The translations under genes were made by a program, and so were the position numbers. Under the pieces are notes generated by a model that worked only from the letters and a program-made list of their open reading frames with translations, was not told the origin of the DNA and made no database searches. A DNA stretch of 64,000 nucleotides from Harriotta raleighana. Its lineage: Eukaryota. Where the stretch lies: contig JBNZDD010013398.1 of assembly GCA_050575255.1 (NCBI GenBank), forward strand, positions 225,360 through 289,359, given 5' to 3'. Below are positions 44,430 through 56,910 of the stretch, piece after piece (position 1 is the first letter of the stretch; every line of letters begins with the position of its first letter).

Positions 44430-46907
44430 ATGGCAAATCTAGATGGACACAGTGAGATAAGTTTCCGAGCGATATTTCTTGTTTTTTTCCTTTCTTCCTG
44501 GGATTCAGCTTGTGCGCAGATTCGATATTCTGTCTCCGAAGAACAGAAGCACGGGACTTTCGTTGGGAATATCGCTAACGATTTGGGTTTACATGTGAGA
44601 AATTTATCCTCCCGGAGATTGCGAATGGTGTCTTCTGTCCGGGAGCAATATTTCAAGGTAGATTTACGAACTGGTATATTGCTTGTGAATAAACAAATAG
44701 ATAGAGAACGGCTGTGTGCACAGAGCCTTGCCTGCTCGCTTACACTGGAGCTTGTTGTTCAAACTCCGCTAGAAATATTCCATGCTAACATAGAAATTTG
44801 GGATATAAATGACAACGCTCCCAATTTCGAGAGTAATGAACAACATTTGCAAATTCCAGAGTCAGCAGCTTTGGGGACTCGTTTTCTGCTGGAGAGTGCG
44901 CATGACCTTGATGTGGGCAGCAACTCGCTCCGGACCTATACCCTCACTCCCACCGAATACTTCACTTTAGATGTCCAGTCCAGCATCGATAACAAAAAGT
45001 TTGCAGAATTGGTCCTTGAGAAGCATCTGGACCGAGAAAAGAATGCGATTTATGATTTAGTATTGACGGCCATCGATGGAGGAACCCCGGAAAGATCAGG
45101 AACATCCAGAATAGTTATTACTATACTGGATGTAAACGATAATGTACCCGTTTTTGATAAAACAATTTATCAAGTGACTTTGGTGGAAAATGCCCCTGTG
45201 GGTACACTTGTAATCAAACTGAACGCTACTGATATCGACGAAGGTAGGAATGGCGAGATTGTTTATAAATTACACAGTCACACCTCCGAGAAAGTGCGTG
45301 AGTTGTTCAGTGTGGACCCACAGTCTGGGGAGATCAAAGTGAAAGGAATTGTTGATTTCGAAGAGGCAGCTTTTCTGGAAATTAACATAGAAGCAAAAGA
45401 TAAGGGCCCCCTTGCTGTTCCCGTGCGTTGTAAAGTAATAGTAAACATAGTGAATGTGAATGACAATGCTCCTGAATTTACAGTCAGCTTATTTTCCAGT
45501 CCAGTTCCAGAGGATGCGCCTCTCGGCACAATGATTGCTCTCATTAGTCTGACAGATCACGAATCAGAGGAAAATGGAGGAATTCAATGTTATATTCCCG
45601 ACAGAACTCCTTTCCTACTTAAACTCTCTTCCAAAAATTCTTATACGCTAGTTACGCATCAGTTGTTGGACAGGGAGACTGCTCCACGGTACACTTTTAT
45701 AGTCACCTGCAGAGACTCGGGGACTCCTCCTCTATCCTCTACCAAGACGTTTTTGGTGGAGGTTTCGGACACAAATGACAATGCGCCACATTTTACGCAG
45801 TCATCCTACACAGCACATGTAATGGAGAACAGCGCCCCCGCCTCTTCTATCTGCACTTTGACTGCCTTTGATGCTGACCTGGGTGTTAATGCTCATGTGT
45901 CCTATTCTATACTGGAGATCCATATCCAAGGCATGCCCATGTCTAGCTATGTCTCCATCGGTTATGAGAGCGGCATTGTGTTTTCCAATATGCCTTTCGA
46001 CTACGAGCAGATAAAGAGCTTTCAGTTAGTAGTTCAGGCCACGGACGCTGGAGTCCCACCGCTTAGCGACAACGTCACTGTGAATGTGATTATCCTCGAT
46101 CAGAACGATAACACGCCGGAAATCGTCTCGCTGCTCAGGATGAAGGGGTTGGAAGTAACAGTTCCTCGTTCTGCTGATCCCGGATATCTAGTCACGAAAG
46201 TAATCGCGTTTGATGCCGATTCTGGGCAGAATGCGCGTCTCTCCTACCAGTTTCCGAAAATGAAAGACACGGAGCTGTTTCGAGTTGGTTTGAACTCTGG
46301 GGAAGTCAGGACTGCTCGACGTGTCGGTGACAGAGATGCAAGTGTTCACCGTTTGGTGGTGTTGGTAAAAGACCAAGGCCACCCACCACTTTCCGCCAGT
46401 GTCACCATCCACCTATCTTTGCTGGAGGACCTTGCGCAAATCGTGTCTGATGTGAACCTCTTGACCCGAAAATCCGAGCAAACCTCGAATATAGCGTTTT
46501 ACTTAATCATATTTTTGGGGACGCTGTCCTCGGTGCTTTTCGTGACTATTATCTTTTTGGTTATTACCATCTGCCAAGCTGACAGAAATGCTGCCCAGGG
46601 TTCCTTCAACACCTCCTTCATTGCGCGGAGATATACAAACGACTTGTTTCTGGATTCCAATATTAATCTCCATACAGTGCCTGATTCTAAACAGCTGACA
46701 AATATGGTTGAGGTTCGTGGGACCGGATCCCTTTCTCGCACCTACTGCTACCAAGTTCAGTCTATCCCAGAATCCGCCCAAAGTAAAGTTATAATCCCAT
46801 CTTCAAGAAACCCAACTGTGTCCAGAGTGTATGACAAGGAAAGTGAACAGCACGAGATAGAGTGGAATGAGAGGAGAAAAAATAAAAAAATCGAATTCCC
46901 AGTTAAG
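44430..46907 (+). CDS. Clustered protocadherin variable exon (unit 12, group B)
   Basis: 6 EC, TM, VEVRGTGSLSRTYCYQV; phase-0 consensus donor AAG|GTGAGT at 46907/46908 (unspliced stop at 46925). Confidence 0.94.
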
Positions 46908-48139
46908 GTGAGTTTTATTTTCTAGATCTAAGATTCGTATTGATATCTAAAAGTTCGAAGGTCAAGCAAGGAACAATGCGAAAACAATTGTTCAAATGCG
47001 AAAGTGTTGCACAATAGTAATTCTCAAAACAATGGGTTATTAGAGGTTCAGAAATTAATTACCTAAATTGATAACTTGTCCATGATAGAAACTAGAAGAT
47101 GATTTGTTGAATGCATTGATATATGCTATTACATTTGAGATTTACATTCATTGTCTTAGTCATTAACGGGAATTATAATTCGGTAAATCTCCTCAGGAAT
47201 AATTTTATGAAGTAACATACCATATACCTTATGGACTGGATATATGAACAGGGCTAATCATATTAAACGTTTCCCCAAAAAGGTAACCAATGCAGTATAT
47301 CAAGCTCTTCTGAATCTACGTTTCCTGAAAATAAAATAACTCGAAAACAAATAATTGGTTTTGCATTTTATAAATAATTGGACCCAGATGGGTTACATTT
47401 CTTCGCTTATTTACTGTTACCTGTAGATTTTATGGAAATATTATTTTTCCATTGAGACTATTCATATTGAATAATAGACATATTTTTGTGTGTTTTTCCG
47501 TAATTGTCCAGTTTGAACAGTTTGCATTATCTGGTCCATTCTACACTAATTCTCTGATACGTTGGAGATGTGTAATTGCTATACATTCGTTATGTTTCCG
47601 TTGATATCAGGAGTACACATGGGTCCTTGAAATTGCCTCTATGGTTAGGCAGTTTGTGGATTCGTTAATTCACCACTGCTCCACTGAAACATGTTGTTGC
47701 TTCCGAGGAAGTTTCATCAAATTTTAGATTGATTTGGTTAATTGGTATCCAGCAGATTTCTTTCCACCGATTAATGATGTATCTCATCCACTGTTGGAGA
47801 GCTTGTTCTAGCTATTTCCCATACACATAACCCATCCTTGCTTTTTTTGCAATCGCTTATGGATTTCATCGATATTCTATTTTCATGAGCTATTTCATAC
47901 CAGACAAGATTAAAAGTATTTTCAGTCGACGACTGAATATTTGGAGGGGTGGGGCTTTGGTCAGTATATTGTAAACATGTATTTGTGTATATTGCAACTG
48001 ATGGAAGAAAGTTATCATTTCTACTGCACAGCTAACATTATTTATGCCTCACAGCTAGGACTGACTCCTCATTATTAAGATACTCCTGGTATGTTAACAT
48101 TTTTGTAAAATATTTAAGTAATTGGGAAGTTCAATCCAC

Positions 48140-48290
48140 GAATGTTCTGTGGGACCACTCTGTGCGCAATTGGCTGCCACATTCGGCCCTCAATCTATAC
48201 AGGATATTATGTGCATCGATTTCAGTCATCTCAATAGTGCGAAAAGGCGCTATGTCAATTGCAAAGATTATTTTTATATTATTATTATCA
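48140..48290 (+). mobile_element. Deu-domain SINE fragment
   Basis: TGTGGGACCACTCTGTGCGCAATTGGCTGCCAC...AAAAGGCGCTATGTCAATTGCAAAG(ATT)n. Confidence 0.7.
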
Positions 48291-48421
48291 CTATTTATCG
48301 ACCATTTGTAACTCTTAAACAGTAACCAGAAGCTTTCTGTTAATTTTATATGGACTTTTAAAATATGTTAAGTTGAACATAGTTCCCCAGTGTTGAAGAT
48401 AACACTGTAAGAAGGACCCAT

Positions 48422-48491
48422 TGCAATTTTGGGCTGAAACACTTTGTGTCGCTGTCTACCAATAAGGATCTGAAATTCGATTGGAGATCCA
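48422..48491 (+). promoter_or_regulatory. Pcdh CSE promoter (unit 13)
   Basis: TGCAA...GTGTCGCTGTCTACCAATAAG (48446-48466)...GAGATCCA. Confidence 0.9.
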
Positions 48492-48672
48492 CTACCCATC
48501 CCACTTTGCGCGGAGGAAGGACCCACGGAGCTTATTTTCTGTGTAAAGAGCTCGGAGCAATTCTTGCATAGCGCTTTATCGTGAAGAACCAACAGACTGA
48601 CTGAAAGGTATTTGCAATGCTTTGGATTCAACTATCAGGGTGATTTATCAGGGAGTGATCCAGAACGTGATC

Positions 48673-51105
48673 ATGGTGAATTCAGGAAGGCTTTACAGAA
48701 TGAGAAAACAAGGTTTGTCGTCCATTTTATTGCTTTGTGTCTGGGATATCGCTTTTGGGCAGGTTCGTTATTCGATTCCAGAAGAAACGGACAGCGGTAC
48801 CTTCGTGGGGAATATTGCTAATGATTTAGGTTTAGATGTGAAGGAACTGTCAGGTCGAAGGTTCCGAATTGTCTCAGGCTCTCGACAGCAGTATTTTGGA
48901 CTTAATCTGCGTAATGGAATTATGTTTGTGAACAAAAGAATCGACAGGGAACAGCTGTGTGGACAGATCCCTGATTGTGTCCTTCCTCTGGAGGTTGTCA
49001 CCGAAAACCCTGTGAGTCTGTACCGTGTGGAAGTAGAAATCCAGGATATTAATGACAATTCACCAATTTTCCCGAAGAGTGAGATCCGTTTGGAGATTTT
49101 CGAATCAGCTTCCCCAGGGACTCGCTTCCTGTTGGAGGGCGCGCAAGATTCTGACGTAGGTAGGAATTCAATACGAACGTACGAGCTGAGTACAAATAAT
49201 TACTTTAGTTTGAACATACAGACCCGCGGAGAACGCAAATTAGTAGAAATGGTGCTGGAAAAATCCCTGGACAGAGAACACGAGTCCCTGCATAATATCT
49301 TGTTGACAGCTATTGATGGTGGAAAGCCAGAGAGATCAGGCACCGCTTATATCACAGTTGTGGTCCTGGATTCTAATGATAACTCGCCAGTTTTTCAGCA
49401 GTCTTTGTACAGGGTCAATGTACATGAAAATACCCCAGTGGGCAGTTTGGTAATGATGCTTAACGCAACTGATTTGGATGAAGGCCTTAACAGTGATGTG
49501 GACTATTTTTTAAGTAATTACAATTCAGATAGAGTGGGCGAACTTTTCAGTCTGGATTCCAAAACCGGACAGCTAAGGGTGAAAGGGGCATTGGATTTTG
49601 AAGAAGCTAAAATGCACGAGATTAATGTCGAGGCGAAAGATAGAGGTTCTTCTGCAGTTCCGGGGCATTGCACGGTTGTGGTGAATATTGAGGATGTCAA
49701 TGATAACGTCCCCGAGTTGACATTCGTCTCGCTGTCCAGCACAATTCATGAAGATTCTCCCCCGGGGACCGTGGTCGCCCTGATTAGCGTTAAAGATCTT
49801 GATTCGGGTCATAACGGCAGGACTAGTTGTCAGATTTCCAACGCGCTTCCATTTGAACTCGAATCTACATTTAAGGGATCGTACACTTTAAAAACAAAGT
49901 ATACACTGGACAGGGAAATCGCTCCGGAATATAACATCAACATCACATGCAGAGATGATGGATCCCCTGCTCTGTCCAGCCATAAAATCATGGTGGTCAC
50001 AATTACAGATATAAACGACAACGCACCAAAGTTTGAAAGTGGTTCCTTCACAGCTTATGTGACAGAAAACAACGCACCGGGAACTTCGATTTGTTCTGTG
50101 ACTGCTTTGGACGCAGATTTGGACCAAAACTCCCACCTGTCCTACTCTCTACTAGAATCGCAAACAAAAGGTATTCCCATATCTTCTTATCTCTCTATTA
50201 ATTCAGAAAGTGGCACCATATACGCGCAACGTTCGTTTGACTATGAGCATCTTAAAAATCTCCTATTTCACGTGCAAGCCCAAGATGGCGGCATCCCCTC
50301 ATTGGCCACAAATATTACCGTCAACATGATTATTCTGGATCAGAATGACAACCCGCCAGAAATCCTGTCCCCGCTGACAAAAAGGGACCTTAAGATAACA
50401 GTTCCACAATCTGCAGAGCCAGGTTTCCTGATTACCAAGGTCAGCGCAACCGACGCTGATTCCGGCCAGAACGCAAGGCTCTCATATCATCTGGTCCAAG
50501 CTACAGACCCAAGTCTTTTCACGGTGGGACTTAGTTCTGGGAAAATTAGAACGGTTCGCCGTGTGGCTGATCAAGATTTAAGAGGACAACGACTCGTCAT
50601 TAAGGTGCGAGATAATGGGCATCCGCCTCTGTCAGCCTCAACCATTATCCAAATTTCAATAGTGGACAATAATCCGGAAACACTGACTGATTTTAAGGAT
50701 GTGCCACAAACCCCACAACGTTCATCTAATTTGGCTACTTATATTATAATTTCTCTAGGCTGCCTGACGTTTATTCTTATGTTGATTGTAATTGGTCTAG
50801 TGGTTTTCATGTGCCAATCTCACCCAAACCGTTGCAACTTGGGAAGAAAGAATGACAAACATAGGTTCACGAATTCTCATCTGAACTTTCAAATTGCGAC
50901 GGACTCAAAACTAATTTCTAATTATGTGGAAGTTCGAGGAACGGGAACGTTGAGCCAAACTCACAGCTACAAAGTACCTCCAGAAGTTATGGTTTTCAAA
51001 CCGTGCAGTCCGCCAGGATACAGGCATTCTGTTCAGAAAATTGATCCTTATTCTTCCGAGTGGAGTGCCAATGCAACAAATAATTTGACCAATGTAATTA
51101 ATGAG
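48673..51105 (+). CDS. Clustered protocadherin variable exon (unit 13, group B)
   Basis: MVNSGR..., 6 EC, TM, VEVRGTGTLSQTHSYKV; phase-0 donor GAG|GTAAGT at 51105/51106 (unspliced stop at 51189). Confidence 0.94.
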
Positions 51106-51528
51106 GTAAGTTTGGTGAATTGTAAGAATCAATATACATTACATTCCTTTCTCTGCGATGAATTATTTATCGAGCCCTATGTTACGTGACATTCGTAAGA
51201 TATGTTGCTACAAGGATGGAATTCTGCAAGTTTTTTTTCAGTTTGTCTTACTGAAAATATCAATTGGAAATGATTTGCAAGTTATATGGATATATGGTTT
51301 ATAAAAATGATCAATTAACTATCCACTGGTATAGATGGGTTACTGCATGGCCTATCAATACTTTTGCTGTGAGATTTCCGAGTTGCAACCAATTCTGGTT
51401 TTGAATACAAATTGAACATTTAGGAGAGCATCTTGAAGTTTTTCTTAATTATTCAGGATTATTGGCTGAGATAAAAATGCAAAGTCCTTTCTGAGTTTTA
51501 AGTTTTGTTGATAATTTGTCCTTCAAAT

Positions 51529-51551
51529 CTGTGTATGTGTGTGTGTGTGTG
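51529..51551. repeat. (GT)n microsatellite
   Basis: Short imperfect GT run. Confidence 0.6.
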
Positions 51552-51677
51552 GGGGGTGGGGGGCTGGGGTGTATGTAGAATAGCACCAATCATACATGAT
51601 CTGTTGGAAGGGAGACAATAAATAGAGTTAATAGGCAATCTAGTTTTCATGGATGCTTCCACACCGTTTTATTCACT

Positions 51678-51967
51678 ATTGATAATAATAATCATAATCC
51701 TTGCATTTCATACAGCACTTTTCACGTCTTCTAGATTTCTCAAAGCACTTCACAGAATATACCGTGAAGTGAATTGACTGTATATTTGTAGGCAAACTGC
51801 AGCAGCCAGTTGCATATACAGCAGTGCCCACAAACGGTCGTGGATTGAAATCACCGATTTTTTTTGAGCGATTATTATTATTAGGCATGTGGAGTAAGGA
51901 AACTTGCTCAAGGTTTTGCCCTGCCTTGATTCGAACATGGCGAGTGCTCTAAACACTGAGCTACAGA
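51678..51967 (-). mobile_element. Near full-length tRNA-derived Deu-domain SINE
   Basis: Minus strand: head CTGTAGCTCAGTG...GTTCGAATC (Pol III A/B boxes), central TTTGTGGGCACTGCTGT...CTGGCTGC, L2-like tail ending in (ATT)n. Confidence 0.85.
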
Positions 51968-52530
51968 ACTGCATCCTATCCTTAAAATATTGTAGCATTG
52001 ATGGAGAAATTCAGAGAAAAATAATTGTTCCCTTATCCCTACATAGAATTTAAAGACCAAAAAAAAACTTTAAATTGTACAGAATCGATCCCTGGAACCC
52101 AACAGTTTGTAAGAGAGGATCTGAAGATTCCTCATAGAGTCAACAGCGCCACTACATTTTGACAACATTACACGTCCCCCATCGAAATTCTAGCATTGAT
52201 CTTTTGCATTTGTTTGTACTGTAAAGGCGGCTTATGCAGAAGATGCTATGGTGATACTATCTTCAGAAATATTAAATTAAAGGGATTACTTCATGGATTA
52301 TTATTACGGTTTACTTTAAAGATTATAAAATGGACTTGTTTGTAGATGTACCTAAAAGTACAACTTGTGATTATTGGATAGTTTTCTTACTCAATGTAAA
52401 AAACTTTCATATTTTTAAAGAAATGTCATTTACTGATATTTGGTGCTGATGTGATTCCTTTATTCACCCAAATATTACTGATCATGGTTTCCTCAAAATC
52501 TCACCAAAAGTACAATCATGGGCCCAGTGT

Positions 52531-53395
52531 TAGAATCATAGAATGTTATGGCACAGAAGGAGGCCATTTGACCCATCGAGTCTGTGTCGGCTCTTTGACA
52601 GAGCAAATCACTTTCATTAACCCCAATCACCAGATTTCTCCCCATAACCCTGCAAACCCGTCTTCCCCAGATACCTATCCAGTTCTCTCTTAAAAGCTGT
52701 TATCGAATCGGATCTCACTACCGTTTCAGCCAGATTATTCCAAATTCGAACAACCCACTGAGTAAAAAAAATTATTCTAAACTCCCCTCTGCTTCTTTTG
52801 GAAGATATCTTAAGACTGTAACAACGGCTCACAGAAACACCTACCCGTGGAAACAGCTTTTCCTTATCCAGCCTGTCGAAACAATTGATGATCTTGAACC
52901 TAACCTTCTCTGCTCTAAGGGGAAAAGTCCTAACTTCTCCAGCCTTTTTTCATAGCTAAGGTTCCCCATTTCTTCAGTCATTCTCGTGAACATTCTCTGC
53001 ACCCTTTCCAATGCCTTACTGTCCTTCCTGCAGTAAGGTGCCCAGAAATGGACGCAGTACTCCAGCTGAGGTCTAACCAGTATTTTGTATATATTAACTA
53101 TAACCTCCCTCCTCTTGTGCTCTATGCCCCTACTAATGAAGCTCGGTACACCAAATGCCTTTTTTTACTGCCTCATCTATCTGCCCTGCTACCTTTAATG
53201 ATTTGCTTCCTTGAACACCCAGATCTATCTGTACGTTCACCCCCCTTAAGATTCAGCTACCAAGTGTATATTGCCTCCTATCATTTTTCCTACCTAAGTG
53301 TATCACCTCACACTTATCCACATTGAAATCCATCTGCCACGTCAGGCCATTCCACCATTCTGTGTATGTCGGCTTGCAGTTGGTTACAGTCCTCC
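52531..53395 (-). mobile_element. CR1 LINE 3' fragment
   Basis: Minus-strand FFTQWVVRIWNNL...SITAFKRELDRYL (CR1 ORF2 C-terminus) and an (ATTCTATG)-type 3' tail. Confidence 0.88.
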
Positions 53396-53849
53396 TAACT
53401 ATTTAGCAGATTCTTGGTGAACTTTAAATAAAAAGAAAATGCTAGGTATATTGAAACGTCATCAATTTTGAAATCAATATTTAGCACATGTAAAGTGAAA
53501 TGTTCATCTATGTTTGTGTGTATATATGTATATGCACACGCATATACAGAGGACACTCTCTCTCTACAATGTATATATACACCGTGTGGTGTCGAGGATT
53601 CATGGAATAATCAAGCACCATTTTCCGTTTGAATATACAATGAGATAGAGCATGTTCTTTTGTATCTGGGTAAATATGAGTACATGAAACAACGATATAA
53701 TTGAACATAGTTTGTTTGGGGATCTTGTTACATTGTTGGAGATTCCATCCTTCGGATGAAATTCGAACCGAAATCCCTGAGAAGCCGGCTACCAATGAAC
53801 CCGCAGCACCATTCGAAAAACGAAGCAAGTTAATTTCTCCAGGTGTCCT

Positions 53850-54040
53850 GGCCATCAAATCCCACAAATAAAATTCGTGATTAATTTCATCGCTGTTTGT
53901 GGGACGTTGATGTGCGCAAACCTGCTGCCAGGATTCGCCCACAAAACAAACAGCATAAAAACAACACTTTCCAGTATATCATCTGAAGCGCCTTGAGGCG
54001 TCTCGAGCGTGTGAAACGGCGCTACGTCAAATGCAATGAT
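53850..54040 (+). mobile_element. Deu-domain SINE fragment (older)
   Basis: GCTGTTTGTGGGACGTTGATGTGCGCAAACCTGCTGCC...GAAGCGCCTTGAGGCGTC...GTGAAACGGCGCTACGTCAAATGCAA. Confidence 0.75.
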
Positions 54041-54158
54041 AATTGATATTTATTTAGGTTAAACTATAATGTTTGACATATTAAATCGCATACAAGTCAT
54101 GGTCAATAAATTGGGACTATGACTTTTTTGGTGAAAACCAGCTTTAATATGATCTCAG

Positions 54159-54230
54159 TGCAGTTATAGGCTGAGACTCTTTGCGTCGCTGTCTACCAAT
54201 AAGGTGATTAAATCAAGCGGGAGAGATCCA
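54159..54230 (+). promoter_or_regulatory. Pcdh CSE promoter (unit 14)
   Basis: TGCAG...GCGTCGCTGTCTACCAATAAG (54183-54203)...GAGATCCA. Confidence 0.9.
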
Positions 54231-54438
54231 CCCCCCACCCCCCCACCCCCACCACCAGAGAGAAGGAAGCAGCCATACTAGCGGTCATGTTGATATTCAT
54301 GTACTGAGCTTTTGCGCAACACCTCTAGTCGTACGAAAGAAGATAATCAAAGGTATGATTTTCTTTGGATGAAGTGGAAGATAGTAGGACCGGCAAGAAA
54401 AAATTGCAGTTTACAATTGCTTGTGTTAGCCCGAAAAT

Positions 54439-56910
54439 ATGAAAAATTCAGTCAGCCCCTGCACGCTGAGGAAGCAAACCTTATCGTCCATTTTCCTTCT
54501 TTGTGTCTCGAATCTGGTTTCTGGACAGATTCATTACTCGATTCCCGAAGAACTGAAGCCGGGAGCCTTCGTAGGGAATATCGCTGAAGATTTGGGATTC
54601 AATGTGGAAGAACTCTCTGATCGTGAATTGAGGATTATATCTGACACGCAGACGCAATATTTGGATGTTAATCTACACAGTGGAATACTGTTCGTAAGCA
54701 AAAGAATGGACAGGGAACAGCTCTGTGCAGAGAATCCTACCTGTTTCCTCGCTTTGGAAGTAGTGATTGAAAAGCCCATGGAACAGTATCATGTAGAATT
54801 AGAAATTCTAGATATAAATGATAATTCACCCAGTTTCTCAAGAAGGGAAATCCATTTGGAAATTGCAGAATCCGCTGTACCTGGAACGCGCTTTCCATTG
54901 AACAGTGCAAACGACCCTGACTCGCTGGCAAATTCTGTTCGTACCTACCAGATCAATTCCAACGAATATTTCACTTTAGACCTAAAAACTCGTGGGGAAT
55001 GGAGGCTGGCCGAGTTGGTGCTAGCGAAGTCTCTGGACCGAGAAAAACAACCGAGTCACCAGTTATTGCTCACAGCCATTGACGGGGGATCCCCAGAAAG
55101 GTCAGGTACAGCCATCATAATTATCACTGTTTTGGATACTAATGACAACGTTCCTGTTTTCTATGAATCGTTGTATAGTGTCAGTTTGGTTGAAAACACC
55201 CCCGTGGGTACTTTGGTAATTAAACTCAATGCCACTGATTTAGATGATGGATCTTATGGTGATATATTGTATTCGTTCAGCAATTATGGCAAGGATAGGA
55301 TGCGTGAACTATTCAATATTGACTCGCAAACTGGGGAAATCAGGGTAAAGGGAAAGTTGGACTTTGAAGAAGCGAGTGTTTTTGAGATTAACGTGGAAGC
55401 CAGAGACAAGGGTCCGCATCCAGTTCCTGTACATTGCACAGTGCTGGTGGATATCAGAGACGTGAATGACAATGCTCCTGATTTGACGTTGATTTCAGCG
55501 TCCAACACAGTGCGTGAGGATGCTGTGCCCGGAACAATGGTGGCTCTGATCAGCGTCACTGACCGGGATTCGGAGGAAAACGGGAAAACTAATTGTGAGA
55601 TTGGAAAAAACCTCCCTTTTGACATCAAATCATCCTTTAAGAATTCGTATAGAATTGTTACCACCGATTTACTGGACCGGGAAACTAACTCTGAATACAA
55701 AATAAATATTCTGTGCAAGGACTCGGGTTCCCCTGCGTTGTCCGCCAACAAAACTATGGTCGTGCATATTTCAGATGTCAACGACAACGCGCCACACTTT
55801 ACTCAGAGTTCCTATACGGCCTACATCATGGAGAACAACGTGCCCGGCGCATCCATCTATTCAGTGACAGCAATGGATCCTGACGTGACCGAAAGTTCAC
55901 AAATCCATTACTCGATACTCGAGAACTGGATTAAAGGGCTGCCGGTGTCTTCTTATGTTTCCATCGACTCTGGTCATGGTATCATATTTTCACAAACTTC
56001 CTTTGACTACGAACAGCTGAAGAACTTCCAGATTCAGGTCCGTGCTCAAGATGATGGATTTCCACCACTGAGTAACAACGTGACAGTCAACGTCATTATT
56101 CTCGATCAGAACGACAACCCTCCTGTCATCACCTCTCCAAGGGCAAAGAACCGATCTGAGATGTTGATGCCTCTCTCTGCGCCTCCAGGCTACTTGGTGA
56201 GCAAGGTATATGCCACCGATGCCGATTCTGGCCAGAACGCGCGCCTCTCCTTCCAGCTGGTCCAGGCTACAGACCCGAGTATCTTTACGCTGACGCACAG
56301 TTCAGGCGAAATCAGAACCGCTCGCCGATTGGAAGAGAAGGATGCTTTGAAACAAACTCTGGTCATCCTGGTGCGGGACAGTGGACACCCATCTCTTTCG
56401 GCAACAGTGACCATTGGGTTATCGCTGGTACAGAATATTGCAGAAGTTCTTTCCGATTACAGTGATGCGCCACCAAAAATCGAGCCATCCTTTAATTTAG
56501 CCTTTTATATCATAGTCTCTTTGGGTGTATTATCAACCATACTGCTAGTGACTATAATTGCCCTTGTTGTAACCATATGTCACAAAGCTCAGGGCAACAT
56601 ACTTTCTCTTCACAACTGCTGCTCAAGAGATAGCAAAGCGAATGACAGATTCCAACATTCAAATTTCAACCTTCAGATAGTGCCGGAATCCAAGTTAATC
56701 ACAAACTATGTTGAAGTTCGTGGGTCTGGGTCCCGTTCCGAAACCCTGTGTTATAAAGTGCAGTCAGCCGCAGAAAACGATGAGGTGGACTTCATGCTGT
56801 TTACCCCGTACAGTCCAGGAACACACCGAAGCAATACCAACGAACCTGAAAATCGACCAACTGAATACAGCAGGAAATCACTGAATAATAGGTCTGCCAT
56901 GCGCAGTGAG
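54439..56910 (+). CDS. Clustered protocadherin variable exon (unit 14, group B)
   Basis: 6 EC, TM, VEVRGSGSRSETLCYKV; phase-0 donor GAG|GTGAGT at 56910/56911 (unspliced stop at 56940). Confidence 0.94.
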
